From NCBI GenBank assembly GCA_002713695.1, contig PAUB01000001.1, positions 397,325-461,324 on the forward strand: DNA of 64,000 nt. The letters run 5' to 3'. Of the stretch, positions 44,566 to 55,260 are shown piece after piece. Every line of letters begins with the position of its first letter. Position 1 is the stretch's first letter. The notes beneath the pieces are model-generated. The model saw only the letters and a program-made list of their open reading frames with translations, was not told the origin of the DNA and made no database searches. The DNA is from Opitutaceae bacterium (GTDB taxonomy: Bacteria > Verrucomicrobiota > Verrucomicrobiia > Opitutales > Opitutaceae). The translations under genes and the position numbers were made by a program.

Positions 44566-45564
44566 TTAGTCGCCGAGACGCTTGTCCGGGACCAAGGCGG
44601 TTTGCACATAATCGCGCACAGATTCCGCGAGGGGCGTCATCGGTCGGTCGTATCCAGTTGCGCGCAGTTTAGAGATGTCGGCCTTGGTGTAGTATTGATA
44701 CTTCCCGCGTAGGGCTTCGGGCATATCAATGAATTCAATCTGCGGGTCTTTCTCCAACGCAGAGAAAATAGCTCGGGTGAGAGTGAGCCAAGTATTGGCG
44801 TCGCCGGAACCCAGATTGTAGAGCCCGTTGGCTTGGATGCCTTTCTCGACGAAGTGTAAGGTCATTTCAACGGCGTCTTTCACGTAGAGGAAATCGCGCA
44901 TCTGCTCACCATCTTTGAAATCGGGATGATAGCTCTTAAAGAGCCCGACTTTGCCGGTCTCCGTGATTTGCTGGTAGGCCTTGTGCACAAGCGAACGCAT
45001 GTCGGCCTTGTGATCTTCATTGGGACCAAAAACATTGAAATACTTCACTCCTACGATGCGATCGAGCCAACCGTGTTGTTGGGCGTGTAAGTCGAAGAGA
45101 TGCTTGGAATAGCCATACATGTTCAACGGGCGGAGTCGGGCGATATCGTCGCTCTGGTCATCCATCCCTTGTTCGCCATCGCCGTAAGTCGCGGCCGAGG
45201 AGGCGTAGACGAATCGGCAATCTTGCTCCATCGCCCAGGTGGCCAGTTCCTTCGTGAACTCGAAGTTGTTATTGATCAGGTAAGAAGCATCACGCTCGGT
45301 GGTCGCGGAGCAGGCGCCGAGATGAAACGCGGCCGAGAATTTACCGAATGCTGAACCTTGTTTGTTGAGGCGATCACGGAAAACATCGGCTTCCACGTAA
45401 TCGCTGAACTTTAAGGGCACGAGATTACGCCACTTTTCATCAGTGCCGAGAATGTCAGTCACGACGATGTCGGTGATACCGCGTTGATTTAACGCCCAGA
45501 TTAAGGCGCTGCCGATAAATCCGGCGCCGCCGGTTACGAGGATACGTCCGGATAATGCACTCAT
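44566..45564 (-). CDS. hldD: ADP-L-glycero-D-manno-heptose 6-epimerase
   Basis: 'ILVTGGAGFIGSALIWALNQRGITDIVVTD', 'YGYSKHLFD' and a C-terminal pattern typical of HldD/RfaD; 332 aa. Confidence 0.85.
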   Translation of the reverse strand: MSALSGRILVTGGAGFIGSALIWALNQRGITDIVVTDILGTDEKWRNLVPLKFSDYVEADVFRDRLNKQGSAFGKFSAAFHLGACSATTERDASYLINNNFEFTKELATWAMEQDCRFVYASSAATYGDGEQGMDDQSDDIARLRPLNMYGYSKHLFDLHAQQHGWLDRIVGVKYFNVFGPNEDHKADMRSLVHKAYQQITETGKVGLFKSYHPDFKDGEQMRDFLYVKDAVEMTLHFVEKGIQANGLYNLGSGDANTWLTLTRAIFSALEKDPQIEFIDMPEALRGKYQYYTKADISKLRATGYDRPMTPLAESVRDYVQTALVPDKRLGD

Positions 45565-46367
45565 GTTTCTTGGGATACTTCGATGGCCCGCAGTCGCGCG
45601 GCTTCGATGGTGTCGCGAATGAGACCACGTAGATCACCGTCAGCCATTCGATTGAGACCGGCTTCGGTTGTGCCGTTAGGAGATGCTACTTTATTGCGGA
45701 GTTTCTCTGGGCTATCCGGACTTCGGGCGAGTAGTCGTGCCGACCCCAGCAATGTCTCGATCGACAAGGTGCGGGCCGTTTCGGCATCAAAACCTGCGTT
45801 TTCAGCCGCAGCGCACAAAGCACCAGCAAATTCGAAAACAAATCCAGCACCACTCCCACTGACAGCTGTGGCGGAATCCATCATGGATTCCTCGATTTCA
45901 AGTTGTCGGCCCATCGCCGTGAGTAGCGATTCGATAGTGTTGCGATCCTCGCTGCTCAAGGACTGCGCAGCGCACCATGGCGTGATCCCTGCGCCTATCT
46001 GTGACGGCGTATTTGGCATCGTGCGAATGACATTGCGGGCCTGCGGAAACACTTTGCTTAAAGTTTCTATTCGTTTCCCCGCGAGCACGGATATCACCAA
46101 CTTGCCGGAGGTGAGGGTGGTCAATGCGGCATCGGCTGTGGACAGATGATGAGGCTTGAAAGCGATGATTAGCGTATCCGCTTGAGCCGTGAGTTTTTCC
46201 AAGCTCGTGGCTTGTTGAATGCCGGTTCGAGCTACTAGCGCTTGGGCTGATCGCCCGCTTGCCGAATAGCAGATGATATCGATCGGTGTTGCCGCTTTGC
46301 TGTTGATGAGACCATCAACCATGGCGGCAGCCATATTTCCCGCACCTAGAAAAGCGATCTTACTCAT
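45561..46367 (-). CDS. proC: Pyrroline-5-carboxylate reductase
   Basis: 'MSKIAFLGAGNMAAAMVDGL' Rossmann start (Met39 of the track ORF), 'RTMPNTPSQIGAG' and 'ASPNGTTEAGL'. Confidence 0.85.
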   Translation of the reverse strand: MSKIAFLGAGNMAAAMVDGLINSKAATPIDIICYSASGRSAQALVARTGIQQATSLEKLTAQADTLIIAFKPHHLSTADAALTTLTSGKLVISVLAGKRIETLSKVFPQARNVIRTMPNTPSQIGAGITPWCAAQSLSSEDRNTIESLLTAMGRQLEIEESMMDSATAVSGSGAGFVFEFAGALCAAAENAGFDAETARTLSIETLLGSARLLARSPDSPEKLRNKVASPNGTTEAGLNRMADGDLRGLIRDTIEAARLRAIEVSQET

Positions 46368-47496
46368 CTTCTTGAATGGCTTTGCTCGCTCTCTTTTCGA
46401 ACGGGTGGACGAGGGTGTATTTGGCGCCGCCACTCTCGCGGTTATCCATCGTCGCTTCGCCTCCCATGGCGCGCAGAGCATGACGCGCGACGGTTAGGCC
46501 CATGCCAACACTCACGGTGTTTTTGGAGCTAATAAAGGGTTCGAAAATATGATCCTGGATTTCTGGATCCAAACCGCGTCCCTGATCCTTGATCGTAATC
46601 TGGACCATTTTCCCATCCACGGGATTGTCGACCAGAGTTGTTTTGATCCAGATAGGACGTGGATCGGTGGGCTGATTCTCGTAGCTTTCCCAAGCGTTGA
46701 TGAGCGTTTTGGAGAGAACTTCTTCAAATGTTTCGATGTTACTTTCGATTGCGAGATCACCCAGTTCGTTGGTGATAGTGACGTCGGCTTCCAATTTGAA
46801 TTCGTTTTGAAAACGTTGGATACCTCCCTCTATCAAGGTCTGTAAACCAGCCGTGCTGTGAGGGGGGCGAGTCTTAACGACTAGCGAGCTGAGTTGCTTC
46901 ACAATTGAGATAATGCGCTGAACCGCCTCTTCCACATGCGCGGAATTTTTATTAACCTGCTCTGGCTTGTCGTAGTAAGCTTTGACCAGATCCAGATAGC
47001 CGATTACTACGCCCAGTAGATGGTTGAGATTGTGAGCGATGCCTTGGGTGACTGCAACGATGGTTGCGGCGCGACGTGACTCCACGAGGCGACGTTGTAA
47101 CCCGAGTATTTCACGATTGATGCTCACGAAACGGAGCTGCGTCTGCACCCGAGCCAAAGTTTCATCCAGATCGATTGGCTTGGTGAAGTAATTGCCCGCG
47201 CCCACGCCCAGACCCTCGAGTTTTCTCTCCTTGGAAGTGCGGGTCGTGATGAAGATGACGGGGATTGAGCGAGTGTCTTCCTGAGTCTGCAGACGTTGGC
47301 AGACTTCGATTCCATCCATATCAGTCATCATCACATCTAGGAGGATAAGATCAGGCTTTCCCTTCTCAACGTGATCAAGTGCTTCGATCCCATTGTAGGC
47401 GGCAGTGACACTAAGACCTTCTTTCTCAAGCTTGCGCTTGAGTAACTGCACGTTGATGGGTTGGTCATCAACAACCAGTATATTTTGGGCGGGCAT
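46360..47496 (-). CDS. Soluble hybrid sensor kinase: N-terminal receiver domain, HisKA, HATPase_c
   Basis: REC 'ILVVDDQPINVQLL...DLILLDVMMTDMDGIEV...IFITT'. His box 'GIAHNLNHLLGVV'. ATPase 'DQGRGLDPE' and 'GMGLTVARH'. No TM segments. Confidence 0.8.
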   Translation of the reverse strand: MPAQNILVVDDQPINVQLLKRKLEKEGLSVTAAYNGIEALDHVEKGKPDLILLDVMMTDMDGIEVCQRLQTQEDTRSIPVIFITTRTSKERKLEGLGVGAGNYFTKPIDLDETLARVQTQLRFVSINREILGLQRRLVESRRAATIVAVTQGIAHNLNHLLGVVIGYLDLVKAYYDKPEQVNKNSAHVEEAVQRIISIVKQLSSLVVKTRPPHSTAGLQTLIEGGIQRFQNEFKLEADVTITNELGDLAIESNIETFEEVLSKTLINAWESYENQPTDPRPIWIKTTLVDNPVDGKMVQITIKDQGRGLDPEIQDHIFEPFISSKNTVSVGMGLTVARHALRAMGGEATMDNRESGGAKYTLVHPFEKRASKAIQEDE

Positions 47497-47555
47497 CTTT
47501 CACAGATTGAGGAAAGTAAGGGTGTAAGCAACTGCGACTTAATGAGGTGTTAGCC

Positions 47556-48431
47556 TTATGAAGCGTTGCGCTGATGATAGGCTTTAACGGTGTTTTTCAT
47601 CAGCATCGCGACGGTCATGGGGCCAACACCTCCAGGCACTGGCGTGATTTGGCTGGCGATCTCAGACACTGCGGAGAAGTCAACATCCCCAGCCAGCCGG
47701 TAACCGCGCTTCTTGGTATCGTCATCTACCCGATTGATCCCGACATCGATAATGACGGCGCCTGGCTTCACCATATCTTTGGTGACGAATTCAGGCCGCC
47801 CAATTGCAGCAATCAGCACATCGGCATGGCGCGCGATTTCCGGTAGATTAGAGGTGCCAGAATGGCAGACGGTTACGGTGCCATTGGCTCCGGCTTTCTT
47901 TTGCAATGCGAGTAATGCGACAGGCTTTCCAACTAACAGGCTGCGTCCGATTACGACGACATGCTTGCCCTTAAGATCTACATCACTGCGCGCGAGTAGG
48001 GCCATGATTCCGGCGGGAGTGCAGGAAATGAAACCAGTCTCATCATCCTGAGCGATCTTGCCGATATTCATCGTGCCGAGCCCATCGACATCTTTATCCG
48101 GTGAGATGCCGCGAAAGATCAGCAGTTCATTGATCTGCTTAGGCATGGGAGATTGAATCAAAATGCCATCGACCGTATCGTCGTTATTTTGCTCCTCGAT
48201 CAAGGCGGCCAGCTCTTCGTGGCTGATCGTGATGGGAGGTAAGATGATCTGACTTTTGATCCCGATCTCTGCCGCCGTTTTTTCTTTTTTACGGACGTAG
48301 GACACGGAGGCCGGATCCTCTCCAACGCGGATGAGCGCGATACAAGGCTTACGACCACTGATCGTAGAGACTTCGGCCTTTAGTTCGGCGATGATATCTG
48401 TGGCGATTTGATTTCCGTCGATGAGTTTCAT
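47556..48431 (-). CDS. folD: Bifunctional methylenetetrahydrofolate dehydrogenase/cyclohydrolase
   Basis: '[10 protein letters not shown]', '[14 protein letters not shown]', '[12 protein letters not shown]' and '[16 protein letters not shown]'. Confidence 0.9.
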   Translation of the reverse strand: MKLIDGNQIATDIIAELKAEVSTISGRKPCIALIRVGEDPASVSYVRKKEKTAAEIGIKSQIILPPITISHEELAALIEEQNNDDTVDGILIQSPMPKQINELLIFRGISPDKDVDGLGTMNIGKIAQDDETGFISCTPAGIMALLARSDVDLKGKHVVVIGRSLLVGKPVALLALQKKAGANGTVTVCHSGTSNLPEIARHADVLIAAIGRPEFVTKDMVKPGAVIIDVGINRVDDDTKKRGYRLAGDVDFSAVSEIASQITPVPGGVGPMTVAMLMKNTVKAYHQRNAS

Positions 48432-48468
48432 GAGAAAATGATGCTCGGCAGAGCTTGGGAAGTGGTGC

Positions 48469-49274
48469 TTACTTCAGGCGCAGGCTCTCGATTCGGATGA
48501 CGAGGTGCTTGCCGTTCACAGTGGCTCTTGGCGTGCCGAATACGACGACGGTGCGACCATCGTAGCTTTCTAGACGTTCAGCAAGGAGTAGTTTCGTGAC
48601 ATCGAGGTAAGCGTAACGAACACCAGAGGTATCGTTGAGCTGCCAATCGTAAGGGCGTCGAGGAGCGAAGGGGCGACGGGTGGTCACGAATCGACCTTCA
48701 AAAAGTCTGGGTAAGCCTGAACTGTCTGTCGCAGAGGCTCGAAAAGTGGCGGCAGGTTCTGTTTTAGCAGTGCCATAGTCGGGCGTAGGTTTTGAGGCGG
48801 CGTTGCTGGATTGTTGACGAGGGACATCTTGCAGCACTGGGGCGCTAATCGTCGCGCTCGAAGTGGAGCGTTGGCGCTGAATGTAACCAGTCACGGATTT
48901 GTCTAAACTGATTTGCGTCCACTTACCGTGCAGACCGGTGATAGAAGCTTTATCCTCGTTTCCCATGTTTGTGAGCACGCCTGAATTCGACTTAGGCTGC
49001 ATGTGAATGGGGGCACCGAGTTTTACGCGCAGGCCTTTATCGATATCCTTGTTAAGCACGTAACCTTCGAAGGGACCTTCGTTAATAATCGGCGTCCATC
49101 CATTGGGAGCGGCCGCAGTGGAATCTTCCACGAAACTGCCTCCGGGAGATAGCATCATGATCACGCTAGAGTTCGTGTCGGGTTGCGTGTGCACCGCAGT
49201 GGGCGAGGTTACCGGCGTCGCTGCGGCGAGCAGGACCAGAAAGAATGATAGTGTGAAGGCGACAGTGGATTTGA

Positions 49275-49278
<4 letters not shown>
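48469..49278 (-). CDS. Secreted hypothetical protein with two SH3-like segments
   Basis: Signal peptide '[23 protein letters not shown]'. Repeated 'GW/KWT.I....GYI/V' patterns, a Ser/Ala-rich linker, and no enzymatic motif. Confidence 0.5.
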
Positions 49279-50081
<803 letters not shown>

Positions 50082-50165
50082 TTCGTCGTTGGGGGCAAGC
50101 TCTGGAATGTCTGTTGAAACAAAGGCTTGCGCGGTGGTTTCCCCGCGCCCTTCATTTGCGCCATC

Positions 50166-51335
50166 ATGTCAGCTGATTCTGCCGCCGCACAATTTACGAA
50201 AGACAATCCGTTCCCTTCGCAGATTACGGAAAACCGGGTGCTCAATAATCCCGGCTCCGCGAAGGAGACCCGTCACTTCGTGGTGAGTTGGACCGGAAGT
50301 GATTTAGCTTACAAAGCCGGGGATTCCTTGGGCGTCTTCGCCACGAATCGCACTTCTGAGGTGGAGGAGCTACTGGAATTAGTGGGAGCAACTGGCGAGG
50401 AAATGGTTTCTCCGACCATGTTGCGTTTGGAGGAGGCAATTTTATTGAGCGATGCATTGGGCTCGCGCCTGTCTTTAGCAAAGCCCACCGCCAAGATCGT
50501 GAAGACGCTGGCGGAAAAGGCCACGGATCCTGCGGAACAAGCCAAACTGAACGGACTGCTCGATCCCGAGGCGAAGGAAGTGCTCACGACGTTTCTCGCA
50601 GATCATGAATATGCTGATTTGTTGGCAGAGTTTCCCAGTGCGAAACTCACCGCGCAGGAATTGGTCGATCACATGCGCAAGTTAATGCCGCGGCTTTATT
50701 CGATCGCTTCCTCTCCACGGATGTTTCCTCAGGAAATCCACCTGACTGTCGCGATTGTTCGCTATGAGACTAACAAGCGCGAGCGGGTGGGAGTGTGCTC
50801 TACGTTCATGTCTGATCGGGTGACGGTCGGTCAGACGCCGGTCCCTGTTTTTGTTTCTAACTCACACTTTGGTCCGCCGGAAGACGGTGATCGCGACTGC
50901 ATTATGATCGGCCCAGGCACTGGCATCGCGCCATTCCGTGCGTTTATTCAAGATCGGATCGCCAGTGAAGCGAAGGGCCGCAACTGGATTTTCTTCGGCG
51001 ATCAGAAGAAGGCAACTGACTACCTCTACGAAGAGGAGTGGGAAGACTACAAAGCGAAAGGGCAGGTTGATCGTCTCGATCTCGCGTGGTCACGCGATCA
51101 GGCGGAGAAAATTTACGTGCAGGACAAGATGCGTGATAACGCGGCCGAGCTGTGGTCTTGGCTCGATGGCGGCGCCAATTTTTATGTTTGTGGCGATGCC
51201 AAGCGCATGGCCAAAGATGTTGATGCAGCGCTTCACGAGATCGTCGCCAAACACGGCAAGATGGACAGCGCCGATGCGACTACCTACGTAAAACAACTCA
51301 AGAAAGACAAACGTTACCAACGTGACGTTTACTGA
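50166..51335 (+). CDS. CysJ/diflavin-reductase-like FAD/NADPH module (no flavodoxin domain)
   Basis: 'RLYSIASSP' FAD motif, 'IMIGPGTGIAPFRAF' and the C-terminal 'RYQRDVY'. Start chosen at Met14 (50166) of the track ORF. Confidence 0.75.
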   Translation: MSADSAAAQFTKDNPFPSQITENRVLNNPGSAKETRHFVVSWTGSDLAYKAGDSLGVFATNRTSEVEELLELVGATGEEMVSPTMLRLEEAILLSDALGSRLSLAKPTAKIVKTLAEKATDPAEQAKLNGLLDPEAKEVLTTFLADHEYADLLAEFPSAKLTAQELVDHMRKLMPRLYSIASSPRMFPQEIHLTVAIVRYETNKRERVGVCSTFMSDRVTVGQTPVPVFVSNSHFGPPEDGDRDCIMIGPGTGIAPFRAFIQDRIASEAKGRNWIFFGDQKKATDYLYEEEWEDYKAKGQVDRLDLAWSRDQAEKIYVQDKMRDNAAELWSWLDGGANFYVCGDAKRMAKDVDAALHEIVAKHGKMDSADATTYVKQLKKDKRYQRDVY

Positions 51336-51350
51336 GACCCTACAAAATTT

Positions 51351-52103
51351 ATGAAACTAACATTTGAAAATCGCACCGCTCTGGTGACTGGAGCCGGCCG
51401 TGGTATTGGCCGCGCCATTGCCGAGACTTTGGCGGCTGCCGGAGTCACCGTAATCTGTGTTTCTAAGTCGGCCGAATCGTGTGGCGGTGTCGCTGATGCG
51501 ATCAACGCTTCCGGCGGGAAAGCTAAGGCCATGGCGGTCGATGTTTCCAACGGTGAAGAAATCGCCAAAGCCTCTGAGGTGTTGCTCGAAGAATTTCCGA
51601 ACATCGATATCCTCGTGAACAACGCCGGTATCACGCGTGATGGCTTGCTGTTTCGCATGAGCCCGGACGATTGGGAGGACGTGATTTCTACGAATCTCTC
51701 CAGCTGTTTCCACTGGTGTAAATATCTGGCTCGTCCCATGACACGCGCTCGCTGGGGGCGGATCATCAATATCGCTTCAGTAAGCGGTATTATGGGCAAT
51801 GCAGGGCAGGCGAATTACTCTGCGGCCAAGGCCGGCATGATTGGCATGACCAAGTCCTTGGCTCGCGAGTTTGCCGCGCGAGGTGTCACCGTAAATGCGG
51901 TTGCCCCCGGTTTCATCAAGACCGACATGACTTCAGAATTCGTTAATAACGAAGAAGTTTCCGCACAAATCCTCGGTCAGGTGCCTTTGAAACGATTTGG
52001 CGAATCTTCTGATATTGCCAACATGACCGCTTATCTTTCCTCTCAGGAATCCAACTATATCACAGGCCAAGTTTTTACCGTTGACGGCGGGATGGCGATG
52101 TGA
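51351..52103 (+). CDS. fabG: 3-oxoacyl-ACP reductase
   Basis: 'VTGAGRGIGRAIA', 'NNAGITRD', 'YSAAKAG' and its position before acpP-fabF. Confidence 0.9.
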   Translation: MKLTFENRTALVTGAGRGIGRAIAETLAAAGVTVICVSKSAESCGGVADAINASGGKAKAMAVDVSNGEEIAKASEVLLEEFPNIDILVNNAGITRDGLLFRMSPDDWEDVISTNLSSCFHWCKYLARPMTRARWGRIINIASVSGIMGNAGQANYSAAKAGMIGMTKSLAREFAARGVTVNAVAPGFIKTDMTSEFVNNEEVSAQILGQVPLKRFGESSDIANMTAYLSSQESNYITGQVFTVDGGMAM

Positions 52104-52131
52104 AGCCTGCTAACCAAGTATTATTTACCAC

Positions 52132-52395
52132 ATGGCCGACCAAAAAACCATAGACCAACGCGTCAAAGAAATCATTGTTAACCAGCTTAACGTAAACGAG
52201 GAACAGATTACCCCTGCCGCCTCCTTCCTGGATGATCTAGGAGCCGATTCGCTCGACACTGTCGAGTTGATCATGGCCTTCGAAGAAGAGTTCAAGGACG
52301 AGATTAAAGGCGAAATCCCTGAATCTGACGCAGAACAGCTACAGACCGTCGGGCAAGTTACCGACTACATTAAAGTTAAAGCTGCTGCCGAGTAA
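52132..52395 (+). CDS. acpP: Acyl carrier protein
   Basis: '[19 protein letters not shown]' phosphopantetheine-Ser motif; 87 aa. Confidence 0.95.
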   Translation: MADQKTIDQRVKEIIVNQLNVNEEQITPAASFLDDLGADSLDTVELIMAFEEEFKDEIKGEIPESDAEQLQTVGQVTDYIKVKAAAE

Positions 52396-52427
52396 CGCGC
52401 TCGACACTTTCCGGCGTTCTACCGCTT

Positions 52428-52463
52428 TCCCGCCGTGGAAAATGCTGGTGGGACGCTTTTTTT
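52428..52463 (+). terminator. Possible partial terminator/attenuator after acpP
   Basis: The 7-bp stem TCCCGCC/GGTGGGA contains one G-U pair and has a 12-nt loop. CGC and then T7 follow. The stem is weak, so this is tentative. Confidence 0.4.
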
Positions 52464-52496
52464 GTGCCGGACCATTGCGACCAATAATCATACTAT

Positions 52497-53744
52497 ATGG
52501 ATACTCAACAGAACCGACGGGTCGTGATCACCGGATTGGGTGCAGTCACCTCGATTGGCCATGACGTAGATACTTTCTGGTCCTCACTGCAGGCTGGCAA
52601 ATGTGGAGTAGATCGAATCAGTCATTTTGATCCTGCGGACTACGCGAGCCAGATCGGAGCTGAAGTCCGCGATTGGGATGTGAAAGAGCACATGGACCCT
52701 AAGGACGCGCGACGTAACGATCGCTACACGCAATTTGGATTCGTGGCATCACGTCAGGCTGTGAAAGATTCCGGACTGGAGATGAACGACGAAAATGGTG
52801 ATCGCGTGGGTGTGATGATCGGTTCGGGCATCGGTGGAATGCACACGTATGAAACCCAACTCAAAGTTTTAGAGGAACGCGGTCCCCGCAAAGTTTCCCC
52901 TTTTACGATCCCAGCGCTGATCGGCAACATGTGCTCTGCTTTGGTCGCGATTGAATACGGTGCCCGTGGTCCTAATTTCGGTTTGGTTTCCGCCTGTGCT
53001 ACTGGTTCGCACGCGATTGGTGAAGCCGCGCACGCTATTCGACGAGGCGATGTCGATGTGATGATCGCGGGTGGTAGCGAAGCAGCCATCACCCCTTTTG
53101 CCTACGCCAGTTTCTGCGCGATGAAAGCGATGAGCACGCGAAATGATACGCCGCAAACGGCGAGTCGTCCCTTTGAGCTCAATCGAAACGGATTCGTGAT
53201 GGGCGAGGGCGCCGGAATCTTGGTGCTTGAATCCTTGGAGCATGCGCAGGCTCGTGGAGCTCGGATTTATTGCGAAGTTCCGGGCTATGCTGCGACCTGT
53301 GATGCGTTTCATATCACACAACCCGATCCGGAAGGAAAAGGGCTCTCGCTTGCGATGACCCGCGCATTGGCCAGTGCTGGAATCGAGCCGAGCAAGATCG
53401 ATTATATCAATGCCCATGGCACTTCGACTCCCTACAACGACAGGTTTGAGACGTTGGCGATCAAGAAGGTGCTCGGCGATCGTGCGAAAGAGCTTCCCAT
53501 CAGTTCGACTAAATCGATGACAGGCCATCTGCTTGGTGCGGCTGGTGGTATCGAATCGGTGATTTGTGCCAAGACGATCGAAACTGGGCGGATTGCGCCA
53601 ACCATCAATCTGGTCGAACCGGATCCAGAATGCGACTTGGACTATGTGCCGAACGAATCTCGTGAGGTGAAAGTGCGCACCGTGTTGAGTAACAACCTCG
53701 GGTTTGGTGGGCAGAACGCTTCGCTGGTATTCCGAGCTTTGTAG
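52497..53744 (+). CDS. fabF: 3-oxoacyl-ACP synthase II
   Basis: 'SACATGSHAIGEA' active-site Cys, 'NAHGTSTP' and 'KSMTGHLLGAAG'; 415 aa. Confidence 0.95.
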   Translation: MDTQQNRRVVITGLGAVTSIGHDVDTFWSSLQAGKCGVDRISHFDPADYASQIGAEVRDWDVKEHMDPKDARRNDRYTQFGFVASRQAVKDSGLEMNDENGDRVGVMIGSGIGGMHTYETQLKVLEERGPRKVSPFTIPALIGNMCSALVAIEYGARGPNFGLVSACATGSHAIGEAAHAIRRGDVDVMIAGGSEAAITPFAYASFCAMKAMSTRNDTPQTASRPFELNRNGFVMGEGAGILVLESLEHAQARGARIYCEVPGYAATCDAFHITQPDPEGKGLSLAMTRALASAGIEPSKIDYINAHGTSTPYNDRFETLAIKKVLGDRAKELPISSTKSMTGHLLGAAGGIESVICAKTIETGRIAPTINLVEPDPECDLDYVPNESREVKVRTVLSNNLGFGGQNASLVFRAL

Positions 53745-53894
53745 AGTCCGGTTAGGATTGCTCTGTTTGAGCAGTAATCGGCGCCTCGGGGGGTTCGGGA
53801 TTAAGCCACTGCGATAAGTAATCATGCAGCGCTTTCTGTCGAACGGGCTTCGTGAGGAAATCCTTCCAGAGGAAGGGTTTAATTGGCACAAAAA

Positions 53895-53920
53895 AACCCG
53901 CAACCATAAGATTGCGGGTT
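53895..53920. terminator. Bidirectional rho-independent terminator between convergent fabF and rpmB
   Basis: The stem AACCCGCAA/TTGCGGGTT has an 8-nt loop. An A7 run lies upstream and T-rich sequence downstream. Confidence 0.75.
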
Positions 53921-53937
53921 TAGAAATGAGTTGTTGA

Positions 53938-54168
53938 TCAGGCTTTCTCGATCAAACCGGCCTTGATAGCTTTGACTGAGACCAGCATGCGTTTGACACC
54001 GCCATTGGGCAGTCTCACGCGGATGCGCTGGAGGTTGGGACGGAATTTGCGCTTGGTAATGCTCGTCACGTGAGTGCCGATACCTCCGCTTTTTTTGCTC
54101 TGTCCCTTACGATGTATGATGCTGCCCGTTGTCGGACGCTTACCTGTGATTGCACAAATTCTTGCCAT
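53938..54168 (-). CDS. rpmB: 50S ribosomal protein L28
   Basis: 'MARICAITGKRPTTGSIIHRKGQSKKSGGIG...RKFRPNLQ'. Start at Met22 of the track ORF. Confidence 0.9.
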   Translation of the reverse strand: MARICAITGKRPTTGSIIHRKGQSKKSGGIGTHVTSITKRKFRPNLQRIRVRLPNGGVKRMLVSVKAIKAGLIEKA

Positions 54169-54245
54169 GGTCTTAGTAGTTAAAAGGTAGGAGTAAAGGT
54201 CTGGGGATCGGCGAAGCAAGGGGAATATCAACTATCTTTGCAGGT

Positions 54246-55244
54246 TCATTTTCGACTGGCATGGAGCACCTGAAATTTTTGCCCAAGATGCGCTGGATGT
54301 AGGAGTTGCATGAGTGCCAATTTACGCTGGCTGAGGTTGGCGGCTTCTTGGGTGGATATTTCGGCAATCTTGGGGCCTGCATGATGAATAAGAAATGATT
54401 CCTGTGATTGGAGACTAGGCGATGCGAAGTCGTGTTTTTGCAGCGTGCCGCTGAGCCAGTCCCAACAAACGTGACAGGTGAGATCCTGATCTCCAGGTCG
54501 CGCTAGCAGATCATTACTTTGAGTGTGCCGGTAGTAAGCGCGTGTCGTGCCTCCGGGAGTAGCTTCCGTCAGCTCTCTCCATGATTTGCCGTAATCGCAG
54601 GCAATAAAGAGACCCTCCCAAGATTGACTGGCGATTTGCTCTAAGAGACTCACGGCAGCTCGTGGCGCGTCCAATCGGTAGCCCTCTGGTGCGTTCTTCG
54701 GTAAATACGTTTCCGCAGCGGGTTCTTCAATGACTGCCTCTATGAGCTGACCCTCGGAATATGTGACGCCTGATTTGTGCCATTGTCCGGCGCGACCGAT
54801 GAATCGGCGACAGGGTTGAGCATCAAAGAGTTCATTGGAGAAAACGACGCAACGACCCTTAATAGCCAAAGGAGCGCCGAGCGGAAGCGTGGCCACAGCA
54901 TGGAAACGATGGGGCACATCCTTCATAATGCCGCCATCGCTCTCAGCGCCGATTTCCACGAAAGTGTAATCCTCAGGTGAAACGTCATCGAGAAGTTGTT
55001 CGGCGGCTGTTGCGATCAACTCGCCGAAAATACCACCAGACGTGGAAGCAGTATAAAAATCTGTGTCGTCACCATAACCCACCCGTGGACGCGATTGCCG
55101 ATAGTAGCCCACTTCAGGGTCATAGAGTGCAATTTCCATGAACCGTTCAAAGGACATTACACCGCCGTCGGGGCATTCGTTTTGGAAGCGTGCCAGAAAT
55201 GCGTCGGAGGGCGCGGTGTCGTTGAGGTTGTGTGATGATCCCAT
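54246..55244 (-). CDS. MidA/NDUFAF7-like (DUF185) SAM-dependent methyltransferase
   Basis: 'MSFERFMEIALYDPEVGYYRQ...GDDTDFYTASTSGGIFGELIA' is typical of the family; 332 aa. Confidence 0.7.
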   Translation of the reverse strand: MGSSHNLNDTAPSDAFLARFQNECPDGGVMSFERFMEIALYDPEVGYYRQSRPRVGYGDDTDFYTASTSGGIFGELIATAAEQLLDDVSPEDYTFVEIGAESDGGIMKDVPHRFHAVATLPLGAPLAIKGRCVVFSNELFDAQPCRRFIGRAGQWHKSGVTYSEGQLIEAVIEEPAAETYLPKNAPEGYRLDAPRAAVSLLEQIASQSWEGLFIACDYGKSWRELTEATPGGTTRAYYRHTQSNDLLARPGDQDLTCHVCWDWLSGTLQKHDFASPSLQSQESFLIHHAGPKIAEISTQEAANLSQRKLALMQLLHPAHLGQKFQVLHASRK

Positions 55245-55260
55245 TTACAAACTGAAGCAG

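Noticed and set aside
52869-53903. 344-aa ORF on the minus strand
   Set aside because: It is entirely antisense to the well-supported fabF gene. Its Arg/Ser/Thr-rich, motif-free composition is typical of a shadow frame in GC-biased coding DNA.
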